Source: an uncultured Patescibacteria group bacterium
GTDB lineage: Bacteria; Patescibacteriota; Microgenomatia; UBA1400; PJMF01
Length of the DNA stretch: 47,261 bases
Assembly: GCA_905478415.1 (NCBI GenBank)
Contig: CAJQIG010000002.1
Span: 71,573-118,833, forward strand
Reading direction: 5' to 3'
Below, piece after piece: positions 9,004 through 16,698 of this stretch. The position numbers and the translations under genes were made by a program. The notes below the pieces were generated by a model. The model searched no databases and was not told where the DNA came from. It saw only the letters and a list, made by a program, of their open reading frames with translations. Position 1 is the stretch's first letter. Each line of letters starts with the position of its first letter.

Positions 9004-11004
9004 ATGCCTGACCTAAGCTCATTACTACCATTTGGAAAAAAGAAAAAAACTGATTCTACGGCTGATACTAGTCCTGAAGCCGTAGCCCTTCACAAACAAG
9101 AGCACGAGTTAGAAAAACTCAAAGAGTTTTCTAGAGGTTTGGTGACCATCCAAGATATTATTGCTCCAGAAGCAATTGAGGTCGATTTTACCTTTCAAAA
9201 AATAAATGAGACCTTTACTCGCACACTTTTTGTAGCCGGATACCCTCGGTCAGTGCCAGCTAACTGGCTCTCACCTCTTATTAACTTTCCGCATCAGATT
9301 AATGTTTCAATGTTTGTCTATCCGGTTGATTCTGGAGAAATTCTTGATAACCTGAAACGAAAAATAACAGAAATGGAGGCTGAAATTCAGTCTGATTTGC
9401 GTGCCGGAAAAATTAGTAACATTAACACTGAGGTTAAGCTCGAAGATGCCCGATACATTCGAGAAGAATTAGCAAAAGGCTCAGAGCGCTTCTTCCAGTT
9501 TGGCCTTTATGTGACTATTCAAGCCAAGGACAAGGAAGAACTTGATAGAGTCACTAAAGCTATTCAATCTTCTTTAGGATCACTTTTGATTGTTTCAAAA
9601 AAAGCTACGCTCCAAATGGATGATGGCTTTAAGTCAACACTACCAATGGGTGTCGACAAGCTCCAGGTTACTCGAAACATGGATACAACATCACTCGCAA
9701 CAACTTTCCCCTTTACTTCTAGTGAGTTAACTATGGAAACCGGCATTGTATATGGCATTAACGAGCATAATGATTCACTGGTTATCTTCGATCGCTTTAA
9801 GATGGAAAACGCCAACATGGTCATCTTTGCTAAGTCTGGTGCTGGCAAGTCATATACGGTGAAGCTCGAGATTCTTAGACAGCTCATGTTTGGGGCAGAA
9901 GTGATTGTCCTCGACCCAGAACATGAGTACGAAGACCTTTCAGTCGCTGCCGAAGGTGAATATATTAATTTTACCTTTAACTCTAAAGCCAAAATTAATC
10001 CTTTCGACTTATCAAATCTCTATGAAGAGGGTGAAAACGAGTTGGGACAAAAGATTATTGGTCTCCATGGATTGTTGAAAGTCATGCTTGGTGAAATGAC
10101 TGCACAACAAGACGCACTCCTTGATCGAGCACTTGTAGCAGCCTACAAAGCCAAAGGTATTACACCAGATCCAGCCACCCAAACAAATGAACCACCCCTT
10201 ATGGAGGATGTCTATAAAGCTTTGATTGGTATGGAAGATGGCGACGCTAATGATATTGCTGCTCGACTTGAAAAATTCATCACTGGTTCGTTCCGCGGAA
10301 TTTTCGACCAAAAATCAAACATTAACATTACTAACCAGCTCACCGTTTTTTCAGTGAAAGAAATGGAAGAAGGACTCCGCCCGATTGCCATGTACATGAT
10401 TTTGGACTTTATTTGGACTCGTGTTAAAAAAGACCTCAAAAAACGAATTTTAGTTGTTGATGAAGCCTGGTACTTTATGAAGCATCCAGATTCAGCTTCG
10501 TTTATCCACTCAATGGTCAAGCGTGCTCGAAAATACTACTTAGGAATTACCACTATTACCCAAGATGTCGAGGATTTCTTGCATAATGATTACGGTAGAG
10601 CCATTGTGACCAATGCTTCGATTCAGTTCTTGATGAAACAATCTACTGCATCTGTGCCAATCTTGTCAGAAACCTTCTATTTATCTCAAGGTGAAAGACA
10701 ACTTCTTGTTACGGCCGATGTTGGAGAAGGTATTTTCTTTGCTGGACAGAACCATGTGGCTCTCAAAGTTGTTGCTTCTCCAGAAGAACACGAGCTGATC
10801 ACCACTAACCCTGAAGAAATGTTTAAGCGCCAAGAAGACAAAAAAGCACTTGATGACGCAGTTGCCAAACCTGCACCACTACAACAAAAACCACAAGAAC
10901 CGGTCGCTCAACAAAAGCTCCAAGAAAAAATGCAATCAAAGCCTACAGAGCGTTCTTCGCAAAATTTATATTCTATTGACGACTACGTTCCGCCTGAAAA
11001 ATAA
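9004..11004 (+). CDS. virB4: VirB4/TrsE/PrgJ-family type IV secretion ATPase
   Basis: Walker A AKSGAGKS (GAGKS at 9838-9852), Walker B ILVVDEAWYF, and the N-domain motif AGYPRSVPANWLSPL. It starts 12 nt after the previous ORF. Confidence 0.85.
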   Translation: MPDLSSLLPFGKKKKTDSTADTSPEAVALHKQEHELEKLKEFSRGLVTIQDIIAPEAIEVDFTFQKINETFTRTLFVAGYPRSVPANWLSPLINFPHQINVSMFVYPVDSGEILDNLKRKITEMEAEIQSDLRAGKISNINTEVKLEDARYIREELAKGSERFFQFGLYVTIQAKDKEELDRVTKAIQSSLGSLLIVSKKATLQMDDGFKSTLPMGVDKLQVTRNMDTTSLATTFPFTSSELTMETGIVYGINEHNDSLVIFDRFKMENANMVIFAKSGAGKSYTVKLEILRQLMFGAEVIVLDPEHEYEDLSVAAEGEYINFTFNSKAKINPFDLSNLYEEGENELGQKIIGLHGLLKVMLGEMTAQQDALLDRALVAAYKAKGITPDPATQTNEPPLMEDVYKALIGMEDGDANDIAARLEKFITGSFRGIFDQKSNINITNQLTVFSVKEMEEGLRPIAMYMILDFIWTRVKKDLKKRILVVDEAWYFMKHPDSASFIHSMVKRARKYYLGITTITQDVEDFLHNDYGRAIVTNASIQFLMKQSTASVPILSETFYLSQGERQLLVTADVGEGIFFAGQNHVALKVVASPEEHELITTNPEEMFKRQEDKKALDDAVAKPAPLQQKPQEPVAQQKLQEKMQSKPTERSSQNLYSIDDYVPPEK

Positions 11005-11137
11005 TTTTCAGACTGCTAGAGCAACCTATTTCGCCCCTTGCTAAATGTGGAAAACTTTTTGTATAACTAGGGTGTTATCTTTGAGACAATTCGTATTCTC
11101 AAAAAACACCCACTGCCCCCAATTAAGAACTAGTACG

Positions 11138-11146
11138 TGTTAGAAT
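11138..11146 (+). promoter_or_regulatory. extended -10 box TGtTAGAAT, 9 nt upstream of the dnaA ATG
   Basis: TG at 11138-11139 and TAGAAT at 11141-11146. There is no SD before ATG 11156. A one-mismatch DnaA box, TGTGGAaAA, lies at 11046-11054. Confidence 0.45.
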
Positions 11147-11155
11147 TTTTTGCAT

Positions 11156-12733
11156 ATGTCTTCTTTGCCAGATGGAGTTACAACTGCTCAAGTACAAAAA
11201 ATATGGAAGAGTGTTTGTGCTGAGTTACAGCTTCAGCTATCCCCCGCTGTTTATAACACTTGGATTGTTTCTAACCCCCTTACTAGTTTGGTTTTTCTTG
11301 ACGATACGCAAGCACTGGCAACAATTACGAGCCCTACCGCTTTCCACTCAACAAACTTGAAGAAAAATCTCCACTTACAAATCAAACATTCTCTCGACAT
11401 ACACACTACTAGGAACTGTAATATCGAGTATCGAATTGGCGACCCGAGCTTAGCTTTTGAAACACCAAGCTCAGGGACTGTTAACAACCAAACAGCACCA
11501 GGATTTGGAAGCATTAAGACAGACCTCTATCCCGAACAAAAACCCCAAGTACAGCAGCAGTCACAACAAAACTACTCACACCAGATTGGACACAACCAAG
11601 AACATCAAAATCAACAAACCACTTCACCTCGAGTGGAAGATCTTTTTTCTGAACAGTCACTTTCTTCAGCACAGAGTGATCGGGTTGGAGCTATCTCGAG
11701 AAAAATTGGTCTTAGAAATGACTTTACATTCGAGACATTTGCCGTTTCTACCACTAATGAAATGGCTCATGCGGCTGCTACTGCCGTCTCAAACAGACCT
11801 GGAAATGCCTATAATCCTCTCTTTCTCTATGGAGGAGTTGGGGTTGGAAAAACCCATCTCATGCACGCAATTGGTAATAATATTTTAAAAAACAATAGTA
11901 ACTGTCGCATTATTTACTCGACTGGTGAAGAGTTTACCAATGAAATTGTCCATGCAATTCGAAACAAAAAAGCCAATGTGTTTAAAGGGAAATACAGATC
12001 TGCAGATGTGCTTCTTGTTGATGATATTCAATTTATAGCTGGTAAAAATGCTGTGCAGGAAGAATTTTTCCATACCTTTAATGCACTCACTAAACAACTC
12101 AGCCAAATTGTCCTCACTAGCGACAGGCCGCCCCATGAAATGAACCTTCTCGAGGACAGACTGCGCTCTCGTTTTGAAGCAGGACTGATGATAGATATTG
12201 GGCAACCTTCGTTTGAACTTCGGACAGCTATTTTACTCGTCAAAGCAAAAGCTGCTCGCATTGATATTCCTATGGAAATTGCTAAAACCATTGCCTCTCA
12301 AGTAGAGAGTGCTCGAAAAATTGAAGGTATCATCACAAGTATTAGGTCTGAAGTGGAACTGAAACGCCGAACAATAACTCCAGAACTTATTCAAGAGATC
12401 CTCCGAGTAGAGATCACTGAAAAAAGACCAATGATTAGAGTTACTCCTTCAGAAATTATCAGAACCGTTGCAAATCACTACAAATTTAAGCAAACTGCTA
12501 TTAAGGGAGCTCGGCGTTCAAAGCCATTGGTCACGGCGCGCCATATCGCTATGTACTTACTCAAAGAGGATCTTTCTCTTCCACTCACGGAAATTGGAAA
12601 GTGGTTCTCAAACCGTGATCACACAAGTGTTTTGCATGCCGTTAACAAAATAAATAAGGAAATGGCTATTAACGATCAAGTTCGTCAAGATATTTCGGCA
12701 CTACGAATGACTTTGACTGCTATATCAAGATAA
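11156..12733 (+). CDS. dnaA: chromosomal replication initiator DnaA
   Basis: AAA+ Walker A GGVGVGKTHL, LLVDDIQF, a C-terminal DNA-binding helix region (RDHTSVLHA) and a Gln-rich domain I-III linker. I prefer ATG 11156 to the TTG at 11150. Confidence 0.95.
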   Translation: MSSLPDGVTTAQVQKIWKSVCAELQLQLSPAVYNTWIVSNPLTSLVFLDDTQALATITSPTAFHSTNLKKNLHLQIKHSLDIHTTRNCNIEYRIGDPSLAFETPSSGTVNNQTAPGFGSIKTDLYPEQKPQVQQQSQQNYSHQIGHNQEHQNQQTTSPRVEDLFSEQSLSSAQSDRVGAISRKIGLRNDFTFETFAVSTTNEMAHAAATAVSNRPGNAYNPLFLYGGVGVGKTHLMHAIGNNILKNNSNCRIIYSTGEEFTNEIVHAIRNKKANVFKGKYRSADVLLVDDIQFIAGKNAVQEEFFHTFNALTKQLSQIVLTSDRPPHEMNLLEDRLRSRFEAGLMIDIGQPSFELRTAILLVKAKAARIDIPMEIAKTIASQVESARKIEGIITSIRSEVELKRRTITPELIQEILRVEITEKRPMIRVTPSEIIRTVANHYKFKQTAIKGARRSKPLVTARHIAMYLLKEDLSLPLTEIGKWFSNRDHTSVLHAVNKINKEMAINDQVRQDISALRMTLTAISR

Positions 12734-12752
12734 GACATCTCTCAAATAGCAC

Positions 12753-13012
12753 TTATCCACGATTGTGGATAAAGTCGTGGATAAAGTGGGGAAAGGATAG
12801 TGCATAGTTGTTAACAAAAAAGGGTTATGTGTATAACTTTGTAAAAACTATTCACAGTGCTCAGTGTTTTGCAGATAAGATATTCACACTAGACCTTGGC
12901 GAGTATCCACATATAATTAACACTAGGTTTCTTGAGGTGTATTGCTAGTTATGCACGATTTTGGCACTACCTACTACTACAACTACAAGTTATATATATA
13001 CATATAGTTAAG
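12753..13012. promoter_or_regulatory. candidate oriC: DnaA-box cluster plus an AT-rich element between dnaA and dnaN
   Basis: The DnaA-box 9-mers are TTATCCACg at 12753-12761, TGTGGATAA at 12764-12772 (perfect match, opposite orientation) and cGTGGATAA at 12776-12784. Further boxes are cTATtCACA at 12848-12856, aTATtCACA at 12880-12888 and gTATCCACA at 12903-12911. The AT-rich run TTATATATATACATATAGTTA lies at 12990-13010. Confidence 0.75.
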
Positions 13013-13018
13013 AGCATC

Positions 13019-14131
13019 ATGAAAATTCAAATCTTACAAGAAAACTTACAAAAGGGATTATCCTATCTCTCAAAAGCTATTCCATCAAACCCTCAATTAC
13101 CAATTTTATCTTCAATTCTTTTTGAAGCAAAAGAAACTGGTTGTGTCATTTCAGCAACTGATTTGTATTTTGGGGTGAGAGCTCAATTACAGTCATCGGT
13201 AAAAGAAGAAGGAACGATAGTGATTCCTGGTAAACAATTTAAAGAATTGATTTCTTCTTTACCTTCAGGAAAGTTGGAATTAACCTTTACTGATGGAACA
13301 TTAACTATTGCTTCAACTCACTCAAAAACAAAGTTGCAATGTCAGTCTGCCGAAGAATATCCTCAATTTCCTCAAGTTGAGGGCCAAACCTATTCTTTTT
13401 CTAGTCAACAATTCCAAGATATTGATCGAGCAGTAGGCTTCTCTGCCTCAACAGATCAAGCAAGACCAGTGTTAACGTCAATCCTGTTTGAAATATCCCA
13501 AAAGGGTCTTTCTACCGTGACGACGGATGGTTTTAGGTTAAGTATGTATACAGTTCCGAATTCACAGTCTCAGACAGCTTCACGGCTACTTTTACAAGCG
13601 AAGGCACTGCAAGAAGTTAATCGAATTGTGAAGCAAATTGATGAACAGACTGTGAGCTTCGTTGTTTCTGAAGAATTAAAGCAAGTGTATTTTTCGGTCG
13701 GTGATGTAGAAATGTACATCCGTTTAATCGAGGGAGAGTATCCTCCCTATGAGAAAATTGTTCCTTCTGTTTTTACAACAGAAGTTACTTTTTCCGTTGG
13801 AGAATTAGAAGATAATATTAAGCGCGCTCTTATCTTTGCTCGTGATGCTTCCAACATTATTAAATTTACGGTTGGAGAAGATAAAACAGTCCAGCTTTCG
13901 GCCTCGTCTCCTTCTCTCGGCACCTTTGAGGGGCAACTGCAGTCAGTGACTGTCTCTGGTGACGCCGTCGAAATTGCCTTCAATGCTAAATATGTGCAAG
14001 ACATTCTTAAGGCTATTGCTGGAGAAAGTTTGTGGATGGGAATGGGAGAAAGTTTAAAACCAGTTCTCTGTCGTGCAACTGATTCCGACGCAGCCGAGTA
14101 TGTGATTATGCCGTTTAAGGTAAATGGGTAG
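13019..14131 (+). CDS. dnaN: DNA polymerase III beta sliding clamp
   Basis: MKIQILQENLQKGLSYLSKAIPSNPQLPILSSILFEA is a typical beta-clamp N-terminus. The length is 370 aa when counted from ATG 13019. The ORF-track start at 12932 runs through the DnaA boxes. Confidence 0.93.
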   Translation: MKIQILQENLQKGLSYLSKAIPSNPQLPILSSILFEAKETGCVISATDLYFGVRAQLQSSVKEEGTIVIPGKQFKELISSLPSGKLELTFTDGTLTIASTHSKTKLQCQSAEEYPQFPQVEGQTYSFSSQQFQDIDRAVGFSASTDQARPVLTSILFEISQKGLSTVTTDGFRLSMYTVPNSQSQTASRLLLQAKALQEVNRIVKQIDEQTVSFVVSEELKQVYFSVGDVEMYIRLIEGEYPPYEKIVPSVFTTEVTFSVGELEDNIKRALIFARDASNIIKFTVGEDKTVQLSASSPSLGTFEGQLQSVTVSGDAVEIAFNAKYVQDILKAIAGESLWMGMGESLKPVLCRATDSDAAEYVIMPFKVNG

Positions 14132-14160
14132 TAAACAGAGCTTTTCAAACTGATTTTTCC

Positions 14161-14169
14161 TGGTATACT
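14161..14169 (+). promoter_or_regulatory. extended -10 box TGgTATACT, 8 nt upstream of the rpmH ATG
   Basis: TATACT at 14164-14169 and ATG at 14178, with no SD between them. Confidence 0.5.
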
Positions 14170-14177
14170 ATGCACCT

Positions 14178-14330
14178 ATGCCAAAACGAACATGGAATCC
14201 TAAGAAAAAAAAGCGAATGAGAAAACATGGTTTTCTTAAAAGATTGATGTCACTAGGTGGCAAAGCAATCTTAAAGAGACGTCGAGCAAAAGGTCGAAAA
14301 TCTCTCGCAGTAGCTAAAAAAATTAAGTAA
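14178..14330 (+). CDS. rpmH: 50S ribosomal protein L34 (50 aa; below the ORF-track length cutoff)
   Basis: My own translation gives [50 protein letters not shown]. It carries the L34 signatures HGF..R and RRRAKGRK, and it sits directly upstream of rnpA. Confidence 0.9.
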   Translation: MPKRTWNPKKKKRMRKHGFLKRLMSLGGKAILKRRRAKGRKSLAVAKKIK

Positions 14331-14341
14331 TATCATTATTT

Positions 14342-14677
14342 ATGCTGCCTAAGCAGTATGCCTTCAATCTCCGTCACGAGAAGAACTTTTTTAGTAAAGC
14401 GAGACGGATATATTCTCGATATTTCACCCTGTTTTACATTCCCAGCGATCATTTTGGGGTTACGGTAGTAGTTCCTAAAAAAGCCGCTCGGTTAGCAACA
14501 AAACGAAATTGGTTGAAACGGCAAATAAAAGCTGCGGCTATTCGAGTGATTACTGCTTTAGAAGAAGCTAATACTAGCTTTTTTGTAGTACTAGTGGCAA
14601 AATCGGCAGCGGTTGCCGCACCGAGAGAAGATCTTTTCAAAGAACTGTTTTCGTCACTTAAAAAAGTAGTACACTAA
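14342..14677 (+). CDS. rnpA: RNase P protein component
   Basis: 111 aa and basic, with an RNR-like motif (ATKRNWLKRQIK). It occupies the conserved position between rpmH and yidD. Confidence 0.85.
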   Translation: MLPKQYAFNLRHEKNFFSKARRIYSRYFTLFYIPSDHFGVTVVVPKKAARLATKRNWLKRQIKAAAIRVITALEEANTSFFVVLVAKSAAVAAPREDLFKELFSSLKKVVH

Positions 14678-14889
14678 TGATTGGTAAAAGACAGACACTC
14701 AACGTAATATTTCGAGTGTATCAGGCGTTGAGAGCGTTACGATATGGCGTATTAACCACTGTGTTTGGAGTGACAATTCACTGTAAACATACGCCTACTT
14801 GCGGAACATACTGGTTTCGAAAAATGGAATCAGATGGAATCTTAAAAGGCAGTGTAAAAGGATTGAAACGAGTACTCACCTGTTGGTAA
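14677..14889 (+). CDS. yidD: membrane protein insertion efficiency factor YidD
   Basis: 70 aa with a Cys-containing core (HCKHTPTCGTY ... RVLTCW). It overlaps rnpA by 1 nt (TAATG). Confidence 0.8.
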   Translation: MIGKRQTLNVIFRVYQALRALRYGVLTTVFGVTIHCKHTPTCGTYWFRKMESDGILKGSVKGLKRVLTCW

Positions 14890-14912
14890 GTGCTTAAAAA
14901 AAGAAAGACTCT

Positions 14913-15659
14913 ATGCAAGTTGTTGTTGATGGATTTATTCAATTAATCGTTTTGTTAAACGATCTCACTGGAAGTCTTGGTTTAGCAATTTTAGTCTTTA
15001 CCTTTCTAATTCGCAGTGCTCTGATTCCTTTGTCTTTACCGACACTTAAGGCAAGTAAAAAGATGAGGGAGTTGCAACCAGAACTCAAAAAACTTAAAAA
15101 GAAGCATGGTAAAGATAAAAAAGCGCTGCAAACAGCTCAAATGGAGTTGTATAAAAAATACAATGTTAATCCTTTGGCTGGATGTATTCCCCAATTAGCG
15201 CAGTTTGCGGTTTTAATTATTTTATACCGAGCACTCATCTCATTTTTAAATGCCGAACATATTTCGATAAATACTCAGTTTTTCTGGATGAATCTTTCAG
15301 AAGTTGATAGCACCTACATTTTGCCAGTTTTAGCGGGTCTTTCACAATTTGTATTATCTCTCATGATTGCTCCTGGTGCAGAAAAAGATGACATCATACC
15401 AAATGATAGTAAGAGCAAAAAAGTTCAAAAAGAAAATGAAAAAGAAGAAGGTATGGCCGACATGGCTCAGAGCATGCAGCAGCAAATGATGTTCATGATG
15501 CCGCTTATGACTGGCTTTTTCGCAACGCGGTTCCCTTCTGGTTTGGCTCTCTATTGGGTAGCGACAACCATTTTTAGTATTGGTCAACAGTACTATGTAT
15601 CTGGCTGGGGTGGCATTACAACCTATTCACAACGACTGTTGGCACGTTTTAAAAAGTAG
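14913..15659 (+). CDS. yidC: YidC/Oxa1-family membrane insertase (short form)
   Basis: The sequence LIRSALIPLSLPTLKASKKMRELQPELKKLKKKHGKDKKALQTAQMELYKKYNVNPLAGCIP is the canonical YidC core. Confidence 0.92.
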   Translation: MQVVVDGFIQLIVLLNDLTGSLGLAILVFTFLIRSALIPLSLPTLKASKKMRELQPELKKLKKKHGKDKKALQTAQMELYKKYNVNPLAGCIPQLAQFAVLIILYRALISFLNAEHISINTQFFWMNLSEVDSTYILPVLAGLSQFVLSLMIAPGAEKDDIIPNDSKSKKVQKENEKEEGMADMAQSMQQQMMFMMPLMTGFFATRFPSGLALYWVATTIFSIGQQYYVSGWGGITTYSQRLLARFKK

Positions 15660-15705
15660 TCCAACTCCATTATTTTAGAAGTATTTATACAAGGAAAAAA
15701 GTAAC

Positions 15706-16167
15706 ATGACAATTGAAACCTTTTTAACCCAATTATCAGAACACTGCGGTGTTCCTGTCGATGAAACGCAAGTTGAAGTAACCGAGGACGGCGAATATTT
15801 GCGAGTAGTTATGACGGTGCCCCAAGACGATTCTGGTGTGTTTATTGGCTACCACGGAGAGACTCTAGATTCTCTCCAACGGGTAACGCGAATTATCTTT
15901 CAAGAAGAATATCCTGATCACAAAATTACCGTTAACTTAAATGAGTACCGAGAACAAAGACAAGAACGCCTCAAGGAAATAACAGAGTCTGTAGCTGATA
16001 GGGTCTTGGAAACAGGTGAAAGTTACACTTTTAACTCTCATTTTCCAGCTCACGAGCGATTTATTATTCACTCTTCACTAGCTGCAAATGAAAAATATGT
16101 TGAGCTCGAAAGTGTCTCTGAAGGAGATTCTCGAAATCGCAAATTAACTATACAGTTCAAAGCATAA
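15706..16167 (+). CDS. khpB: Jag/KhpB-type RNA-binding protein (KH plus R3H)
   Basis: 153 aa, located downstream of yidC. It has a KH-like segment (VFIGYHGETLDSLQRV) and an R3H-like segment (HERFIIHSSLA). An AAGGAAAA SD lies upstream. Confidence 0.8.
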   Translation: MTIETFLTQLSEHCGVPVDETQVEVTEDGEYLRVVMTVPQDDSGVFIGYHGETLDSLQRVTRIIFQEEYPDHKITVNLNEYREQRQERLKEITESVADRVLETGESYTFNSHFPAHERFIIHSSLAANEKYVELESVSEGDSRNRKLTIQFKA

Positions 16168-16205
16168 CGAAGATTTGGTATAACAAAATAGAGTAAGGAA
16201 TACAT

Positions 16206-16634
16206 ATGAAGCTATTTGTTTTTACTGACGGAGGATCTCGAGGAAACCCAGGTCCTTCTGCAATTGGAGGAGTTATTCTTCAAGATGCAAAAGATGGAGC
16301 TGTTATAGCTGATTTTTCTGAATATTTGGGTGAAGGCACAAATAACGAAGCTGAATATAAAGGTCTTCTCCACTCTCTTGAATTGGTACAAACTTTTTTT
16401 GCAGAGCATCCTGAAGTTGATGAATGTGCTTGGCATTTAGATTCTAAGTTAGTTGTTGAACAGATTAACAAAAACTGGAAAATAAAAGAGCCTCGCATGC
16501 GAGTGTTTGCGGAAAAATGTTGGAGTATTCTTTCAACATTCCCCTTCAAAAAGACAATTATGTATGTGCCGAGAGCTCAAAATGCAGTGGCAGATTCTCT
16601 AGTAAATCAAGCTCTTGATGCTCATCAATTATAG
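16206..16634 (+). CDS. RNase HI-family protein
   Basis: Motifs FTDGGSRGNPGPSAIGGVI, NNEAEYKGLL and AVADSLVN (DEDD-type RNase H fold). An AAGGAA SD lies upstream. Confidence 0.8.
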   Translation: MKLFVFTDGGSRGNPGPSAIGGVILQDAKDGAVIADFSEYLGEGTNNEAEYKGLLHSLELVQTFFAEHPEVDECAWHLDSKLVVEQINKNWKIKEPRMRVFAEKCWSILSTFPFKKTIMYVPRAQNAVADSLVNQALDAHQL

Positions 16635-16698
16635 ATTTTTCTAAATTAGCCATTTCACCGCCACTAATAATTCATTACAATGGGAACTGAAAGTTTCT

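Noticed and set aside
9564-9992. Long antisense or shadow ORFs inside confident genes. Other examples are 13747-14175, 24109-24492, 27585-28079, 35252-35584 and 37904-38266.
   Set aside because: Each lies opposite to, or out of frame with, an ORF that carries clear family motifs. Their compositions are typical of shadow frames.
12932-13018. The ORF-track N-terminal extension of dnaN (MRCIASYARFWHY...).
   Set aside because: It runs through the DnaA-box cluster and the AT-rich element. The canonical beta-clamp N-terminus, MKIQILQ, begins at ATG 13019.
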